A DNA stretch of 64,000 bases from Gemmatimonadota bacterium (GTDB taxonomy: Bacteria; Gemmatimonadota; Gemmatimonadetes; Palauibacterales; Palauibacteraceae): the NCBI GenBank assembly GCA_039588275.1, contig JBDHAC010000016.1, forward strand, positions 1-64,000. Direction: 5' to 3'. Positions 9,258-19,293 of this stretch are shown in pieces. Positions within the stretch are counted from its first letter, which is position 1. Every line of letters starts with the position of its first letter. Both the position numbers and the translations under genes were made by a program. The notes beneath the pieces are model-generated. The model saw only the letters and a list, made by a program, of their open reading frames with translations, was not told the DNA's origin and did no database searches.

Positions 9258-11011
9258 GCCGCCGCCCGGACCGCACCACGCGCGAGAGGCCCGCTCAGCG
9301 CACCGGGTCCGCCGCGCCCTATGCCCGTCGCCGGCATGAGTACGACGCGATCGTAGTCGGATCGGGCATCACCGGAGGGTGGGCCGCGAAGGAGCTCACC
9401 GAGGCCGGCATGCGAACGCTGGTTCTCGAGGCGGGCCCGATGATCGTGCCGGAGCGCGACTACGTGGAGCACATCCCCCCCTATCAGATGCCCTTCCGCG
9501 GCTGGGGGGACCGTCGCGCCCTGGATGCGGAGCAACCGGTCCAGAAGGAGTGCTATGCGTGCGACGAGCTCGGGCGAAAGTTCTTCGTAAACGACAACGA
9601 GAACCCCTACACACACGACGACGACAAACCGTTCCTGTGGATCCGCGGTCGTCAGGTTGGCGGGCGGTCGATCATGTGGGCGCGACAGTCCTACCGGCTG
9701 AGCGACATCGATTTCGAGGCGAACCTGAAGGATAGGGTCGCCGTTGATTGGCCTATCCGGTATGCGGATCTGGCTCCCTGGTACGACAAGGTGGAGGAGT
9801 TCATCGGCGTGAGCGGGCGCGCCGAGGGATTGCCCCAACTGCCCGACGGCCGATTCCTGCCACCCATGGAGATGACGTGCGTGGAAGAGGTCGTGCGCGA
9901 CGCGATCGCGCGTCACTTCGGGCAGAGACGCCGGATGACCATCGGACGATCCGCCGTACTCACGCGCGCCCACAACGGCCGCGGAGAGTGTCATTACTGC
10001 GGCCCGTGCCACCTCGGCTGCGTCACGCGCAGCTACTTCAGCTCGCTGAGCGCCACGCTTCCCGCCGCCGAGGCGACCGGACGGATGACGCTCCGTCCGG
10101 ACAGCGTCGTGCACAGCGTCATCTGGGATCCGAGCGTGGGGCGGGCGACGGGGGTGCGGGTGATCGACCGCGAGACGCGCGAGCCGCTGGAGTTCTTCGG
10201 TCGGATCGTCTTTCTCGCGGCCTCCGCGCTCGAATCCACGCGCATCCTGCTCAACTCGACCTCGGCTGACTTTCCCGAGGGGCTGGGGAACTCGAGCGGC
10301 GTCCTCGGTCACTTCCTGATGGATCACACCATGAGTGCGGGGGCTACGGCGACCTTCGAGGGGTGGGAGGCCTACACGTACACCGGAGAGCGCCCCAACG
10401 GCATCTATATCCCGCGTTTCCGAAACGTCACCGAAGCCTCGGGCGATTTCCTGCGCGGCTATGGGTACCAGGGCTGGCCCTCACGCGAGGACTGGTCGCG
10501 GGGGATAGAGGAGCCGGGCTTCGGAGCGGACTTCAAGGAGCGGCTCACCAGGCCCGGGCCCTGGCGCATGGAGCTGGGCGCGTTCGGCGAGTGTCTGCCG
10601 CGCCACGGGAACTACGTAGCGCTTGACCCCACGGTGGAGGACGCGTGGGGAATCCCCGTGCTCAGGATCAACTGCGACTGGGGAGACGACGAACGGGTCA
10701 TGATGCGGGACGCAGCCGAGCGTGCGGCGGAGATGCTGGAGGCGGCCGGTGGCGTGGACGTGGAGATGTCGAGCGAGATCACCGCGCCCGGGCTCACGAT
10801 CCACGAAATGGGGACCGCCCGGATGGGGCGCGATCCGGAGACCTCCGTGGTGAACGGCTTCAACCAGGCCTGGGACGTCAGGAACCTGTTCGTCGTGGAT
10901 GGCGCCGCGATGACCTCATCGGCGTGCCAGAACCCGTCGCTCACCTACATGGCGCTCACCGCGCGGGCGTGTGACTACGCGGTGAGAGCGAGTCGAGCCG
11001 GAGATCTCTGA
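9254..11011 (+). CDS. GMC-family FAD oxidoreductase (glycoside 3-dehydrogenase-like)
   Basis: YDAIVVGSGITGGWAAKELTE, GGRSIMWARQSYR, CHYCGPCHLGC, HEMGTARMG, CQNPSLTYMALTARA; ATGA overlap with subunit 3. Confidence 0.92.
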   Translation: MSRRPDRTTRERPAQRTGSAAPYARRRHEYDAIVVGSGITGGWAAKELTEAGMRTLVLEAGPMIVPERDYVEHIPPYQMPFRGWGDRRALDAEQPVQKECYACDELGRKFFVNDNENPYTHDDDKPFLWIRGRQVGGRSIMWARQSYRLSDIDFEANLKDRVAVDWPIRYADLAPWYDKVEEFIGVSGRAEGLPQLPDGRFLPPMEMTCVEEVVRDAIARHFGQRRRMTIGRSAVLTRAHNGRGECHYCGPCHLGCVTRSYFSSLSATLPAAEATGRMTLRPDSVVHSVIWDPSVGRATGVRVIDRETREPLEFFGRIVFLAASALESTRILLNSTSADFPEGLGNSSGVLGHFLMDHTMSAGATATFEGWEAYTYTGERPNGIYIPRFRNVTEASGDFLRGYGYQGWPSREDWSRGIEEPGFGADFKERLTRPGPWRMELGAFGECLPRHGNYVALDPTVEDAWGIPVLRINCDWGDDERVMMRDAAERAAEMLEAAGGVDVEMSSEITAPGLTIHEMGTARMGRDPETSVVNGFNQAWDVRNLFVVDGAAMTSSACQNPSLTYMALTARACDYAVRASRAGDL

Positions 11012-11053
11012 GTCGACTACCGAACAAACACCGAAAGTCGTACGTTTGGCGGC

Positions 11054-12094
11054 ATGGTACGCGCACTGCTGCTCGCCGACACGCATCTGGGCTTCGACCT
11101 GCCCGCCCAGCCGCGTGTGCAGCGCCGCCGGCGGGGCCATGACTTCTTCGCCAACTACGAGCGCGCGCTAGCTCCCGCGCTCTCGGGGGAGGTCGATCTG
11201 GTGGTGCATGGGGGCGACGTCCTGCATCGCGCCCGCGTGCCGACGACTCTGGTGTACCAGGCCTTCGAGCCGCTGAAGCGCGTCGCCGGCGCGGGCGTGC
11301 CGGTGTTCGTCGTCCTCGGGAACCACGAGCGCTCACGCCTGCCACACGCGCGGTTCGCCGCGCACCACCGGATCCACCTGTTCGACCGGCCACGCTCGTT
11401 CACGCTCGAGGTCCGCGGAATCCGTCTCCGGCTGGCGGGCTTCCCATACGAGCACCGCGGGATACGAGGCCGCTTTCACTCGGTCCTGGGCGCTACGGAA
11501 TGGCGGGACGAACCCGCCGACGTCCGGGTGCTTTGCATGCACCAGTGTGTGGATGGCGCGACGGTGGGGCCTTCGGACTTCACGTTTCGCGATGCGCCGG
11601 ATGTCATCCGCGGTCGGGACCTTCCCTCCGCGTTCGCCGCGGTCTTTTCCGGCCACATACACCGGCACCAGGTACTCGGCGCCGATCTTCGGGGTCGTCC
11701 CCTGGCGGCGCCCGTGCTCTACCCCGGCTCGATCGAGCGGACATCCATCGCCGAGAAGGACGAGCCGAAGGGCTACATGCTGGTGGATCTGGAACTGGGT
11801 TCGGCCGACTCCGGCGCCGGCCGGGTAGGCGCATGGTCGTTCAAGGAGCTCCCGGCCCGGCCCATGCTCGTGCACGAGATCGAGGCTGGCGCCGACGGAA
11901 TCGAGGCCAGGATCCGTCGCATCATCAACGATGCCCCGTCCGATGCGATCGTCCGGCTCCGCGTGCGCGGCCGCGTAGGACCGAAGGCCATGCAGGTGTT
12001 GGCCGCCGGGAACCTGCGCGCGATGGCACTGCCTACAATGAACATCGATGCGGTGCTCGTGGACGACGGTTGGAGACGCAGGCCTACTGCGTGA
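11054..12094 (+). CDS. Metallophosphoesterase, SbcD/Mre11-like nuclease
   Basis: DTHLG, GGDV, GNHE, HQ, GHIH, YPGSIER..E..KGY motifs. Confidence 0.85.
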   Translation: MVRALLLADTHLGFDLPAQPRVQRRRRGHDFFANYERALAPALSGEVDLVVHGGDVLHRARVPTTLVYQAFEPLKRVAGAGVPVFVVLGNHERSRLPHARFAAHHRIHLFDRPRSFTLEVRGIRLRLAGFPYEHRGIRGRFHSVLGATEWRDEPADVRVLCMHQCVDGATVGPSDFTFRDAPDVIRGRDLPSAFAAVFSGHIHRHQVLGADLRGRPLAAPVLYPGSIERTSIAEKDEPKGYMLVDLELGSADSGAGRVGAWSFKELPARPMLVHEIEAGADGIEARIRRIINDAPSDAIVRLRVRGRVGPKAMQVLAAGNLRAMALPTMNIDAVLVDDGWRRRPTA

Positions 12095-12521
12095 GCGAGA
12101 GTGCGGCGAACAGACGGGCCTCGGTCTGCGAGACGATCCATAACGCGACCGACTCGGTGCGGCCTTCCTCGAAGTCCGACTTCACTGTGTCGCGGACGGC
12201 CTCCGCGATGGTCGCACCCGGCGGCCACCCCGCCGTGACGAGGCTCACCAGCCGGTCGGGATCTGCTTCGTTGGGGTGCGCGTCCAGGTATTCCTCTCCC
12301 AGCCGTGCCACGACGTTCGCGTCGAGGCTGTCGTGAAACCGCTGGAGGAGCGCATCCTGGTCGGCCGTCCAGCCCGAATAAGAGCTCTGGAGCAGATCCC
12401 GCCAGGTCGCGCCGCTCAGCGGCCGGGCGGCGGCAGCGCCACCGAGAGCGGCAAGCAGAACGAGCGCGCGCCGCCGCGAGATTCGCTGCTTCAGGACGTC
12501 ACGCTGGTCATAATCCACCAT
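12084..12521 (-). CDS. Hypothetical protein with Tat-like signal, probable partner of the adjacent GMC enzyme
   Basis: ISRRRALVLLAALGGAAAA; 6 bp downstream of the GMC gene on the same strand. Confidence 0.65.
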   Translation of the reverse strand: MVDYDQRDVLKQRISRRRALVLLAALGGAAAARPLSGATWRDLLQSSYSGWTADQDALLQRFHDSLDANVVARLGEEYLDAHPNEADPDRLVSLVTAGWPPGATIAEAVRDTVKSDFEEGRTESVALWIVSQTEARLFAALSLTQ

Positions 12522-12527
12522 CGCCCT

Positions 12528-14078
12528 TTAGCCCCCCAGCTCTCGTTTCAGTAGATCCGATAGCCGCATTGCGAGGGCGAGAATCGTGAGCGTTGGGTTC
12601 GCGATGCCACCCGTTGGGAAGACTGAGCTCCCCGCAATGAACAGGTTCGAGATCCCGTGCACACGGCAATCCGGATCCACGACGCCCTGCCTGGGGCTTG
12701 CGCTCATCCGCGTCGTTCCCATGTGATGTCGGCTCGTATTGAACCGGGAAAGGAAGTCTACAGGACGCCCGGACCACTCGAGCCGGCCGGTTCCGGTCCG
12801 TCCGAGCTCCCGACCGAAGAAACGGATCGATCGTTCCATCCCGTCGTAGTCTCCGTCGGAGTGCACCCACGCCAAGTTCACCCGTCGCTGACCGAGCGGG
12901 TCACGTTCCGCCTCGAGCGATACGCGGCTGTCGGGATTCGGCGTCTGCTCGGACATGAAGTAGACGGGCAGGTATCGCCCCCTCAGATGAGCATCACCCG
13001 CCGGGAGCATGGACAGTCCGCGATCGATGAGCGCGGCAGCTCCGATGACGGCACGCGCCGGCCCACGAACCTCGCGGCCCAGGGGGAAGAAGGTGACTGT
13101 AAAGTTCGGTAGCTCATGTTCGCGCTGGGCGCCACCCGTCGTCGCGAGCACGCCCCACACCCTGGCGCGATCGCGGCTGGAGTACAGATCGAGCGACTCC
13201 GGCCCGCGCGAGAAAAAGACGGCCGTCCCCGCGCCGGCCCGCGTCATGCGAAGTGTCACGTGTCCGGCGAAGTAGCGACCGACCAGTCCGTTCCCGTTAC
13301 CGAGACCCTCGCGGTGGACGCCATTGGAGCCTAGAAGCAACCGGACGTTTTCGATTCCCCCCGTCGCCAGCACGTAGGCGGAGCCCTTCGCCGTATGTCG
13401 CTTGCCGTTCAGACACGCGACCTGGACCCTGTCGATCCGGGTCCCATCGGGCCGCGCCGTGATGTCGACGACGTTCGCGTGCAAATAGACGCGCACATTC
13501 GCGGCGCCGAGGATCGAGTCCTTGAACCGGTCATACGCGTCCCCGCCAACGGATCCAGTGACCGGTGTATGCAGCCTCGGAACGGTGGTGAGGTTCGCAT
13601 CGTCCGCGATGTTCAGAGGTGGCCGCCCGGGATCGCGAGGCAGCGAGATGTCGAAGTCGAAGCGTGGCATCTCGAGCAAGTCGCACGTGCGATCGTAAAA
13701 GGAGTCGAGGTCCTCGCGCGAGAAGGGCCAGCCGCTGTCCGGGACCCACTCGCGACGCTCGAAATCGATAGACCGAAGTGGAGCGCACTTCCCGCCCCAC
13801 AGATTCCCGGACCCACCGTACGCCCGCAGACGCGAGGTCGTGAGGTACTCGTCCATCGGCCGAGCCTGCCCGAGCGGGTCCATCATGCTCGCGGACCCCG
13901 CGTACAGTGCCTGTGTTTCCGGCTCCGAGCCTCGTCCCCCGGCTTCGAGGACACAGACGCTGCGGCCCGCGCCCAAGAACTCGTGGGCAATCGTGATGCC
14001 GGCCAGCCCGCCGCCGATGATGATCAGGTCGGCCGTGATCTCGCTCCCGTCGGGGAGCTCTGCCGCGTCGATGAGCAT
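12528..14078 (-). CDS. GMC-family FAD oxidoreductase
   Basis: DLIIIGGGLAG, GGSGNLWGG, HHMGTTRM, ANPTLTILALA; GGAGG RBS before MLIDA. Confidence 0.9.
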   Translation of the reverse strand: MLIDAAELPDGSEITADLIIIGGGLAGITIAHEFLGAGRSVCVLEAGGRGSEPETQALYAGSASMMDPLGQARPMDEYLTTSRLRAYGGSGNLWGGKCAPLRSIDFERREWVPDSGWPFSREDLDSFYDRTCDLLEMPRFDFDISLPRDPGRPPLNIADDANLTTVPRLHTPVTGSVGGDAYDRFKDSILGAANVRVYLHANVVDITARPDGTRIDRVQVACLNGKRHTAKGSAYVLATGGIENVRLLLGSNGVHREGLGNGNGLVGRYFAGHVTLRMTRAGAGTAVFFSRGPESLDLYSSRDRARVWGVLATTGGAQREHELPNFTVTFFPLGREVRGPARAVIGAAALIDRGLSMLPAGDAHLRGRYLPVYFMSEQTPNPDSRVSLEAERDPLGQRRVNLAWVHSDGDYDGMERSIRFFGRELGRTGTGRLEWSGRPVDFLSRFNTSRHHMGTTRMSASPRQGVVDPDCRVHGISNLFIAGSSVFPTGGIANPTLTILALAMRLSDLLKRELGG

Positions 14079-14151
14079 CCCGCGCGATCCTCCGTGTTGG
14101 CTGAAGAAGAAGTCTACGCCGGCACAACGCTGAAGGGTCCAGCAGAACGGT

Positions 14152-14982
14152 TCAGATGTTTGGAAATCGAGATGCTGAGGGCACCTCACCGCGCATGTGA
14201 ACGATCTGGTGCTTGATCTCGGCATCGAGCTCGACCAGCGCGTCGGCAAGAGTCGTGTCGTTCTCGATCACGAGCTGAATCCAGTCGACCTCGGGGGGTG
14301 CGAACACTCTGACGCCCTCCAGCAGCGCCCGGGCGGCGCCGAGGGTCTGCGCGCGAAACGGGAAACAACCGGGGTACTCGGGGTTGAAGCGCGCGACAGC
14401 GACAGGCTTCTCACCGCTCCTTACGCGTAACAGCACCTGATCCTCGAGCCGGCGTAGCCTGGCGAGCAGCCCTCCGGGCAGCTCGAACGCCGCCTCCAGC
14501 TCGGCATCCTCCCCCGGTTCGATGGACGCCACGTCGTCACCGTCCTCGAGAAGCGGGAGTCGATCGACCTCGTCCCAGGGGAGGCGCAAGACGGTCGTTC
14601 GGTAGGCGATCTCCATCCCACAGCGTCGGTAGAGGGCGATCGCGGTTCGGTTGTCGTGCAGCACGTTGAGACACCACTCGCGGCACCCCGCGTCGCGCAG
14701 CCGCGCCGCGATCGTCTCCATCGCGAGCCGTCCGAGACCCCGGCGACGCGCCTCCGGGGCGACCACCAGGTGACGCACATACCCGATGGACTCGAGGGTC
14801 TGCGCGTAGACGTAGGCGCACACGACACCGCCCCGCTCGAGCATGATCGTGTCGGGCATCAGAGCGACGGCCCAGCGCTCCGCGGACGGGATCGGATCGT
14901 CCACGCCGAGCTCGGACACGAGCCGCACGAAGTGCTCGTAGTCCTCGGCGCGCGCGGGACGAGCACGGGTCGCCTTGCTCAC
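14152..14982 (-). CDS. GNAT-family N-acetyltransferase
   Basis: LVVAPEARRRGLGR and NRTAIALYRRCG acetyl-CoA motifs. Confidence 0.85.
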   Translation of the reverse strand: MSKATRARPARAEDYEHFVRLVSELGVDDPIPSAERWAVALMPDTIMLERGGVVCAYVYAQTLESIGYVRHLVVAPEARRRGLGRLAMETIAARLRDAGCREWCLNVLHDNRTAIALYRRCGMEIAYRTTVLRLPWDEVDRLPLLEDGDDVASIEPGEDAELEAAFELPGGLLARLRRLEDQVLLRVRSGEKPVAVARFNPEYPGCFPFRAQTLGAARALLEGVRVFAPPEVDWIQLVIENDTTLADALVELDAEIKHQIVHMRGEVPSASRFPNI

Positions 14983-15013
14983 AAGCTTCGCCCCAGGAGT
15001 CCCGGGCCCGGCC

Positions 15014-16318
15014 TCAACCGTGTCGCGAGGCCGTCATCGCATCGACCACGCGCTCGACTTCCTCCATCGTATTGTAGATGTGCGGGCACAGACGGATGCC
15101 TTCGAACTCGCCACCTCGCAGCGCGCAACCGATGCGGTGCTCATCGTAAAGCCGGCGATACAGCGCCGGGTGATCAGCGCCGGGAATCCGCACCACCACG
15201 ACGCCCGCCCGACGATCCGCCTCGTCGGACGTAAGGAACTCCACGCCGGGGATCCGCTCGCGAGCCACCTCGCGAATTCGGGTCTCCAGCGCGCGGACGC
15301 GCTCCTCGATCAACCCCGCCCCGATCGCCTCGTGGAAACGCACGGCCGTGCCGACCGCGGAGACGGCGGCATCGTCGCGTTGACCGAGGTTGTCGAACTT
15401 GCGGGCCCCACCCTCCAGCGCGCCCGCCCACCCCACGCCGACGTCGCTGGCCCACAGCTCCGGGATCCTCTCCTCACGCACGTAGAGCACCCCGGCTTCC
15501 TTCGGGCCCACGAACCATTTGTGGGCGCTGCCCGTGTAGAAATCACACCCCATCGCATGCAGATCGACCTGGAGCGCCCCGAAGCTCTGGGCGCCGTCCA
15601 CCAACGTCAGGATCCCGGCGTCGCTCGCGAGCCGGCAGAGATCTTTCGCGGGCAGCGCTACACCGGAGACGTTCGAGATGTGACTGAACGCGAGGACCCG
15701 CGTCCGGTCGGTGATCGCGCCCTCGAATGCCGCGATCAGCTCTTCAGCGGTCGCCGCGGCGGGTGGGGTCGACACGCGACGGACCGTGAAACCCCACCGC
15801 TCGGCGCGGACGTCCCACGAGATGTTGTTGGTGGGGTGGTTCTCGTCCCAGATCACGACTTCGTCGCCCGCCCCGAGGTCGAGACCGTTCAAGACCGTGT
15901 TGTTTCCCTCGGATGTGTTGCGGGGGATGGCGATCTCGTCCGGCGACGCGCCCAGATAGGATGCCAGGGCTGCACGCGACTGCTCCCGGAGGTCGCCGAA
16001 CTTGGCGCGATTCTGAAACGACGCGTCCGCATCTACATCCCGAGTGAGCCGGAATACCGCCTCCTGCACCGGGTAGGGGGATGGACACAGGTTCGCCGCG
16101 TTCATCAGAATCAACCCCGGCGCGAGCGGGAACTGCTCCTTGACCAGCTCCCAGAAGGGCTCGTTCTCGATCGCACCGTGCGGAGGCGGGGGGAGCGATC
16201 GGGCCGGTGCATCGGGGATCGCCGTGACAGCGGCTCGCAAGGCGGACGGCGCCGCCAGGGCCCCGGCCGCCCCACCCATCGCGTGTTTCAGAAATCGCCG
16301 CCGGCTGGACGCATGCAT
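15014..16318 (-). CDS. Tat-exported class V PLP-dependent enzyme (isopenicillin N epimerase/cysteine desulfurase-like)
   Basis: SRRRFLK Tat motif; RNTSEG, VDGAQSFG, GSAHKWFVGP (PLP Lys); AGGAGG RBS. Confidence 0.9.
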   Translation of the reverse strand: MHASSRRRFLKHAMGGAAGALAAPSALRAAVTAIPDAPARSLPPPPHGAIENEPFWELVKEQFPLAPGLILMNAANLCPSPYPVQEAVFRLTRDVDADASFQNRAKFGDLREQSRAALASYLGASPDEIAIPRNTSEGNNTVLNGLDLGAGDEVVIWDENHPTNNISWDVRAERWGFTVRRVSTPPAAATAEELIAAFEGAITDRTRVLAFSHISNVSGVALPAKDLCRLASDAGILTLVDGAQSFGALQVDLHAMGCDFYTGSAHKWFVGPKEAGVLYVREERIPELWASDVGVGWAGALEGGARKFDNLGQRDDAAVSAVGTAVRFHEAIGAGLIEERVRALETRIREVARERIPGVEFLTSDEADRRAGVVVVRIPGADHPALYRRLYDEHRIGCALRGGEFEGIRLCPHIYNTMEEVERVVDAMTASRHG

Positions 16319-16482
16319 CGAGACCTCCTGGGTCGCGGAGGGGAGTGGTACGACTCGCGACGGCAAGTTGAGGCCGGCGGATTCCGCGACACAAGGCGAC
16401 GAGCCCGGCTCTGTACCTCCGGCCACCGGGGACGCATGTTGAATCCGTTGTAAGCCGCGTCGTCTTTGCCCCCGGAGGCACC

Positions 16483-18588
16483 ATGTTTCGATCGACCGTA
16501 CGGGCTCACCGCGCATTCCACGGCGCCACCTTGGCTGTCCCGATGTTGGCCGCCGCTTCGGCCCTGGCCGTCGCCCCCGGTCTGAGCGCTCAGACACTCG
16601 ACTCGGAAGCCCGGCTGATGGTGGCCGACTGGCTCGACTGGGAGCGGGTCAGCGACCCGCGGGTCTCGCCGGACGGGTCGCAGGTGGTGTACACGCGGCG
16701 CTGGGTGGACAAGCTCAACGACAACTGGGAGTCATCGATCTGGATCGTGCGCGCAGACGGTTCCCGGAATCGACACCTGATCGACGGTTCGTCGCCGCGT
16801 TGGTCGCCGGACGGAACCCGGCTCGCGTTCGTGAACCGGGACGCGGATGGGAACTCGCAGATCTTCATCCGCTGGATGGACGCGGAGGGGGCGGTGTCTC
16901 AGGTCACCCGCCTCACCGAGAGCCCGTCCGACCTGGCGTGGTCACCGGATGGAACGCGCCTCGCGTTCCGTATGCGGGTCCCCGCCGAGGAGCGCACATC
17001 GGACAATTGGAGCATCAAGCTCCCGAGGCCCGAGGGTGCGAACTGGACGAAGGACCCGCGCATCGTGGAACGCCTCGTCTATCGGCAGGACCGGCAAGGC
17101 TATCTGGAGGAGAGCTTCCAGCAGATCTTCCTCGTCCCCGCTGAAGGTGGGACTCCCCGGCAGCTGACCAGGGGCGACTACAATCACGGCTCGCCCACCT
17201 GGAGTCCGGACGGGAGCAGCCTGCTGTTCAGCGGGCTCCTGGTCGATGACGCGGTTTACCGCTGGGCCGAGAGCGAGATCTACCGGCTCGATGTCCAGAC
17301 CCGCTCGATCGCGCAGGTCACGAGCCGCAAGGGACCCGATCGTCGCCCCGTGCCCTCGCCGGATGGCCGCTTCATCGCGTACGTCGGCTACGATACCACG
17401 AGCATGGATTACATCGAATCGACGCTCTACGTGATGGACGCCGACGGGTCGAACCCGCGTCCGCTGACGGCCCAGATGGACCGCACGCCGGGTGCCCTCT
17501 TCTGGGCGCCGAACGGGCGCGGCGTGTACTTCAACGTGCGCGCCGACGGATACGCCAACGTCTTCTACGCGTCCCTCGATGGGGAGTTGGCTCCGGTCTC
17601 GGAAGGTCAGCAGCTCCTCGCGCTCAACGACGTCAACCGCGCCGGCCTGGCGGTCGGCCTGCGGACCGACGCCTACGAGCCAGGCGATGTGATCGCTTTC
17701 TCGTTGAACCGTCCGCTCGAGACCACCCGACTCACTCGAGTGAACGCGGATGTGCTGGAGGGCAAACAGCTCGGCGAGGTCGAAGAGGTGTGGTACGAGT
17801 CGTTCGATGGCCTTCCGATCCACGGGTGGGTGATCAAGCCCCCCGGCTTCGATCCGACGCACCGGTATCCGCTCATGCTGGTCATCCACGGCGGACCGCA
17901 CGGCATGTACACGGGCGGATTCAACTTCGGGTGGCAGGAGCACGCGGCGAACGGGTACGTGGTGCTGTACACCAATCCTCGCGGAAGCTCCGGATACGGG
18001 AGCGAGTTCGGCAACGCGATCCAGTACGCCTATCCCGGGGATGACTACCACGATCTGATGGCGGGCGTGGACGAGGTCATCTCACGCGGGTACGTGGACG
18101 AAGACAACATGTTCGTGTACGGGTGCTCGGGCGGCGGGGTGCTCACCGCGTGGGTCGTGGGGCACACCGACCGCTTCCGCGCCGCATCATCCAACTGTCC
18201 GGTGATCAACTGGTTCAGCTTCGTCGGGCAGGTGGACGGAAACTACCTCCGCTGGTACGCGGACTTCGAGAAGTTTCCCTGGGAAGATCCGAGCGAGCAC
18301 ATCCGACGCTCCCCCCTCATGCACGTCGGGAACGTGACGACACCCACGATGCTGATGACGGGCGTGCTGGATATGCGCACCCCGATGTCGCAGACCGAGC
18401 AGTTCTACCAGGCGCTCAAGGCACAGCGTAAACCGACCGCCATGATCCGATTCGAGGGCGAGTGGCACGGGACCTCGAGGGTGCCGTCCAACTTCCTCCG
18501 GACTCAGCTCTACTTGAGGAAGTGGTTCGAGCGCTGGGGCACTCACGACGACGACCGGGTAGCAGAAGCTGCCGACCAGGAAGGTTGA
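16483..18588 (+). CDS. Secreted S9-family peptidase
   Basis: Signal peptide, WSPDG propeller repeats, HGGPH, GCSGGG nucleophile elbow, D.RTP, EWHG. Confidence 0.92.
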   Translation: MFRSTVRAHRAFHGATLAVPMLAAASALAVAPGLSAQTLDSEARLMVADWLDWERVSDPRVSPDGSQVVYTRRWVDKLNDNWESSIWIVRADGSRNRHLIDGSSPRWSPDGTRLAFVNRDADGNSQIFIRWMDAEGAVSQVTRLTESPSDLAWSPDGTRLAFRMRVPAEERTSDNWSIKLPRPEGANWTKDPRIVERLVYRQDRQGYLEESFQQIFLVPAEGGTPRQLTRGDYNHGSPTWSPDGSSLLFSGLLVDDAVYRWAESEIYRLDVQTRSIAQVTSRKGPDRRPVPSPDGRFIAYVGYDTTSMDYIESTLYVMDADGSNPRPLTAQMDRTPGALFWAPNGRGVYFNVRADGYANVFYASLDGELAPVSEGQQLLALNDVNRAGLAVGLRTDAYEPGDVIAFSLNRPLETTRLTRVNADVLEGKQLGEVEEVWYESFDGLPIHGWVIKPPGFDPTHRYPLMLVIHGGPHGMYTGGFNFGWQEHAANGYVVLYTNPRGSSGYGSEFGNAIQYAYPGDDYHDLMAGVDEVISRGYVDEDNMFVYGCSGGGVLTAWVVGHTDRFRAASSNCPVINWFSFVGQVDGNYLRWYADFEKFPWEDPSEHIRRSPLMHVGNVTTPTMLMTGVLDMRTPMSQTEQFYQALKAQRKPTAMIRFEGEWHGTSRVPSNFLRTQLYLRKWFERWGTHDDDRVAEAADQEG

Positions 18589-18605
18589 GAAGAGGGGGGT
18601 GTAGC

Positions 18606-19160
18606 GTGCGTTTCACAAAGGCGCTGGCCGCGGCTGTACTCGTGTCGGGGTGCGCCAGCGGATCGTCCATCTCCACGAGGTCACCGGAACCGACGGGCCC
18701 GCCGACGCGCGAAGTGTACACCGGCGACGGTGCCCACGTGATGCTGGCTCCCACCATCGCCTCCGTGGAGACCGAATTCGGTGCTCCTGCCCAGGACGTC
18801 TGGGAGGCCGCGAAGGCCGCGTACGAAGAGCTCGGGATCGAGGTCACGTATTCGCAGCCCGGCAGCCATGTGGGCAACCGACAGTTCCGGGTACGCCGCC
18901 GGCTGGCCGATACTCGGCTGTCGCGGTACCTGCGGTGTGGTGTCGACATCGCCGGACGGCCGATGGCTGACAGCTACACGGTGACGCTCAACGTCGTCAG
19001 CGAGGTTGTTCGCACCACGGACCTTCAGTCCCGCATGCTCACGACGCTGTCGGCGACGGCGCTCAAGCCGGGTGGCACGAGCACCGATCCCGTCGTGTGT
19101 GTGAGCAAAGGCCTGCTGGAAGAACAGATCGCCGATCTGGTGGCGGCGGGCGTTCACTAG
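18606..19160 (+). CDS. Hypothetical lipoprotein
   Basis: GTG start, VLVSGC lipobox, SRYLRCG and CVSKGLLE. Confidence 0.7.
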   Translation: MRFTKALAAAVLVSGCASGSSISTRSPEPTGPPTREVYTGDGAHVMLAPTIASVETEFGAPAQDVWEAAKAAYEELGIEVTYSQPGSHVGNRQFRVRRRLADTRLSRYLRCGVDIAGRPMADSYTVTLNVVSEVVRTTDLQSRMLTTLSATALKPGGTSTDPVVCVSKGLLEEQIADLVAAGVH

Positions 19161-19293
19161 ACCTGATAGGCAGCGCTTACCGTCGGAAAGCGAGCCCCGG
19201 CCGGGGCGCGCCGCCCGTAGATGTGGCAGGCCGCTGGGGCTCTTCAGCGGCCTGCTCGGAGGCTGGGATTAGCGGGTTGCGGAAACGCTCCGG

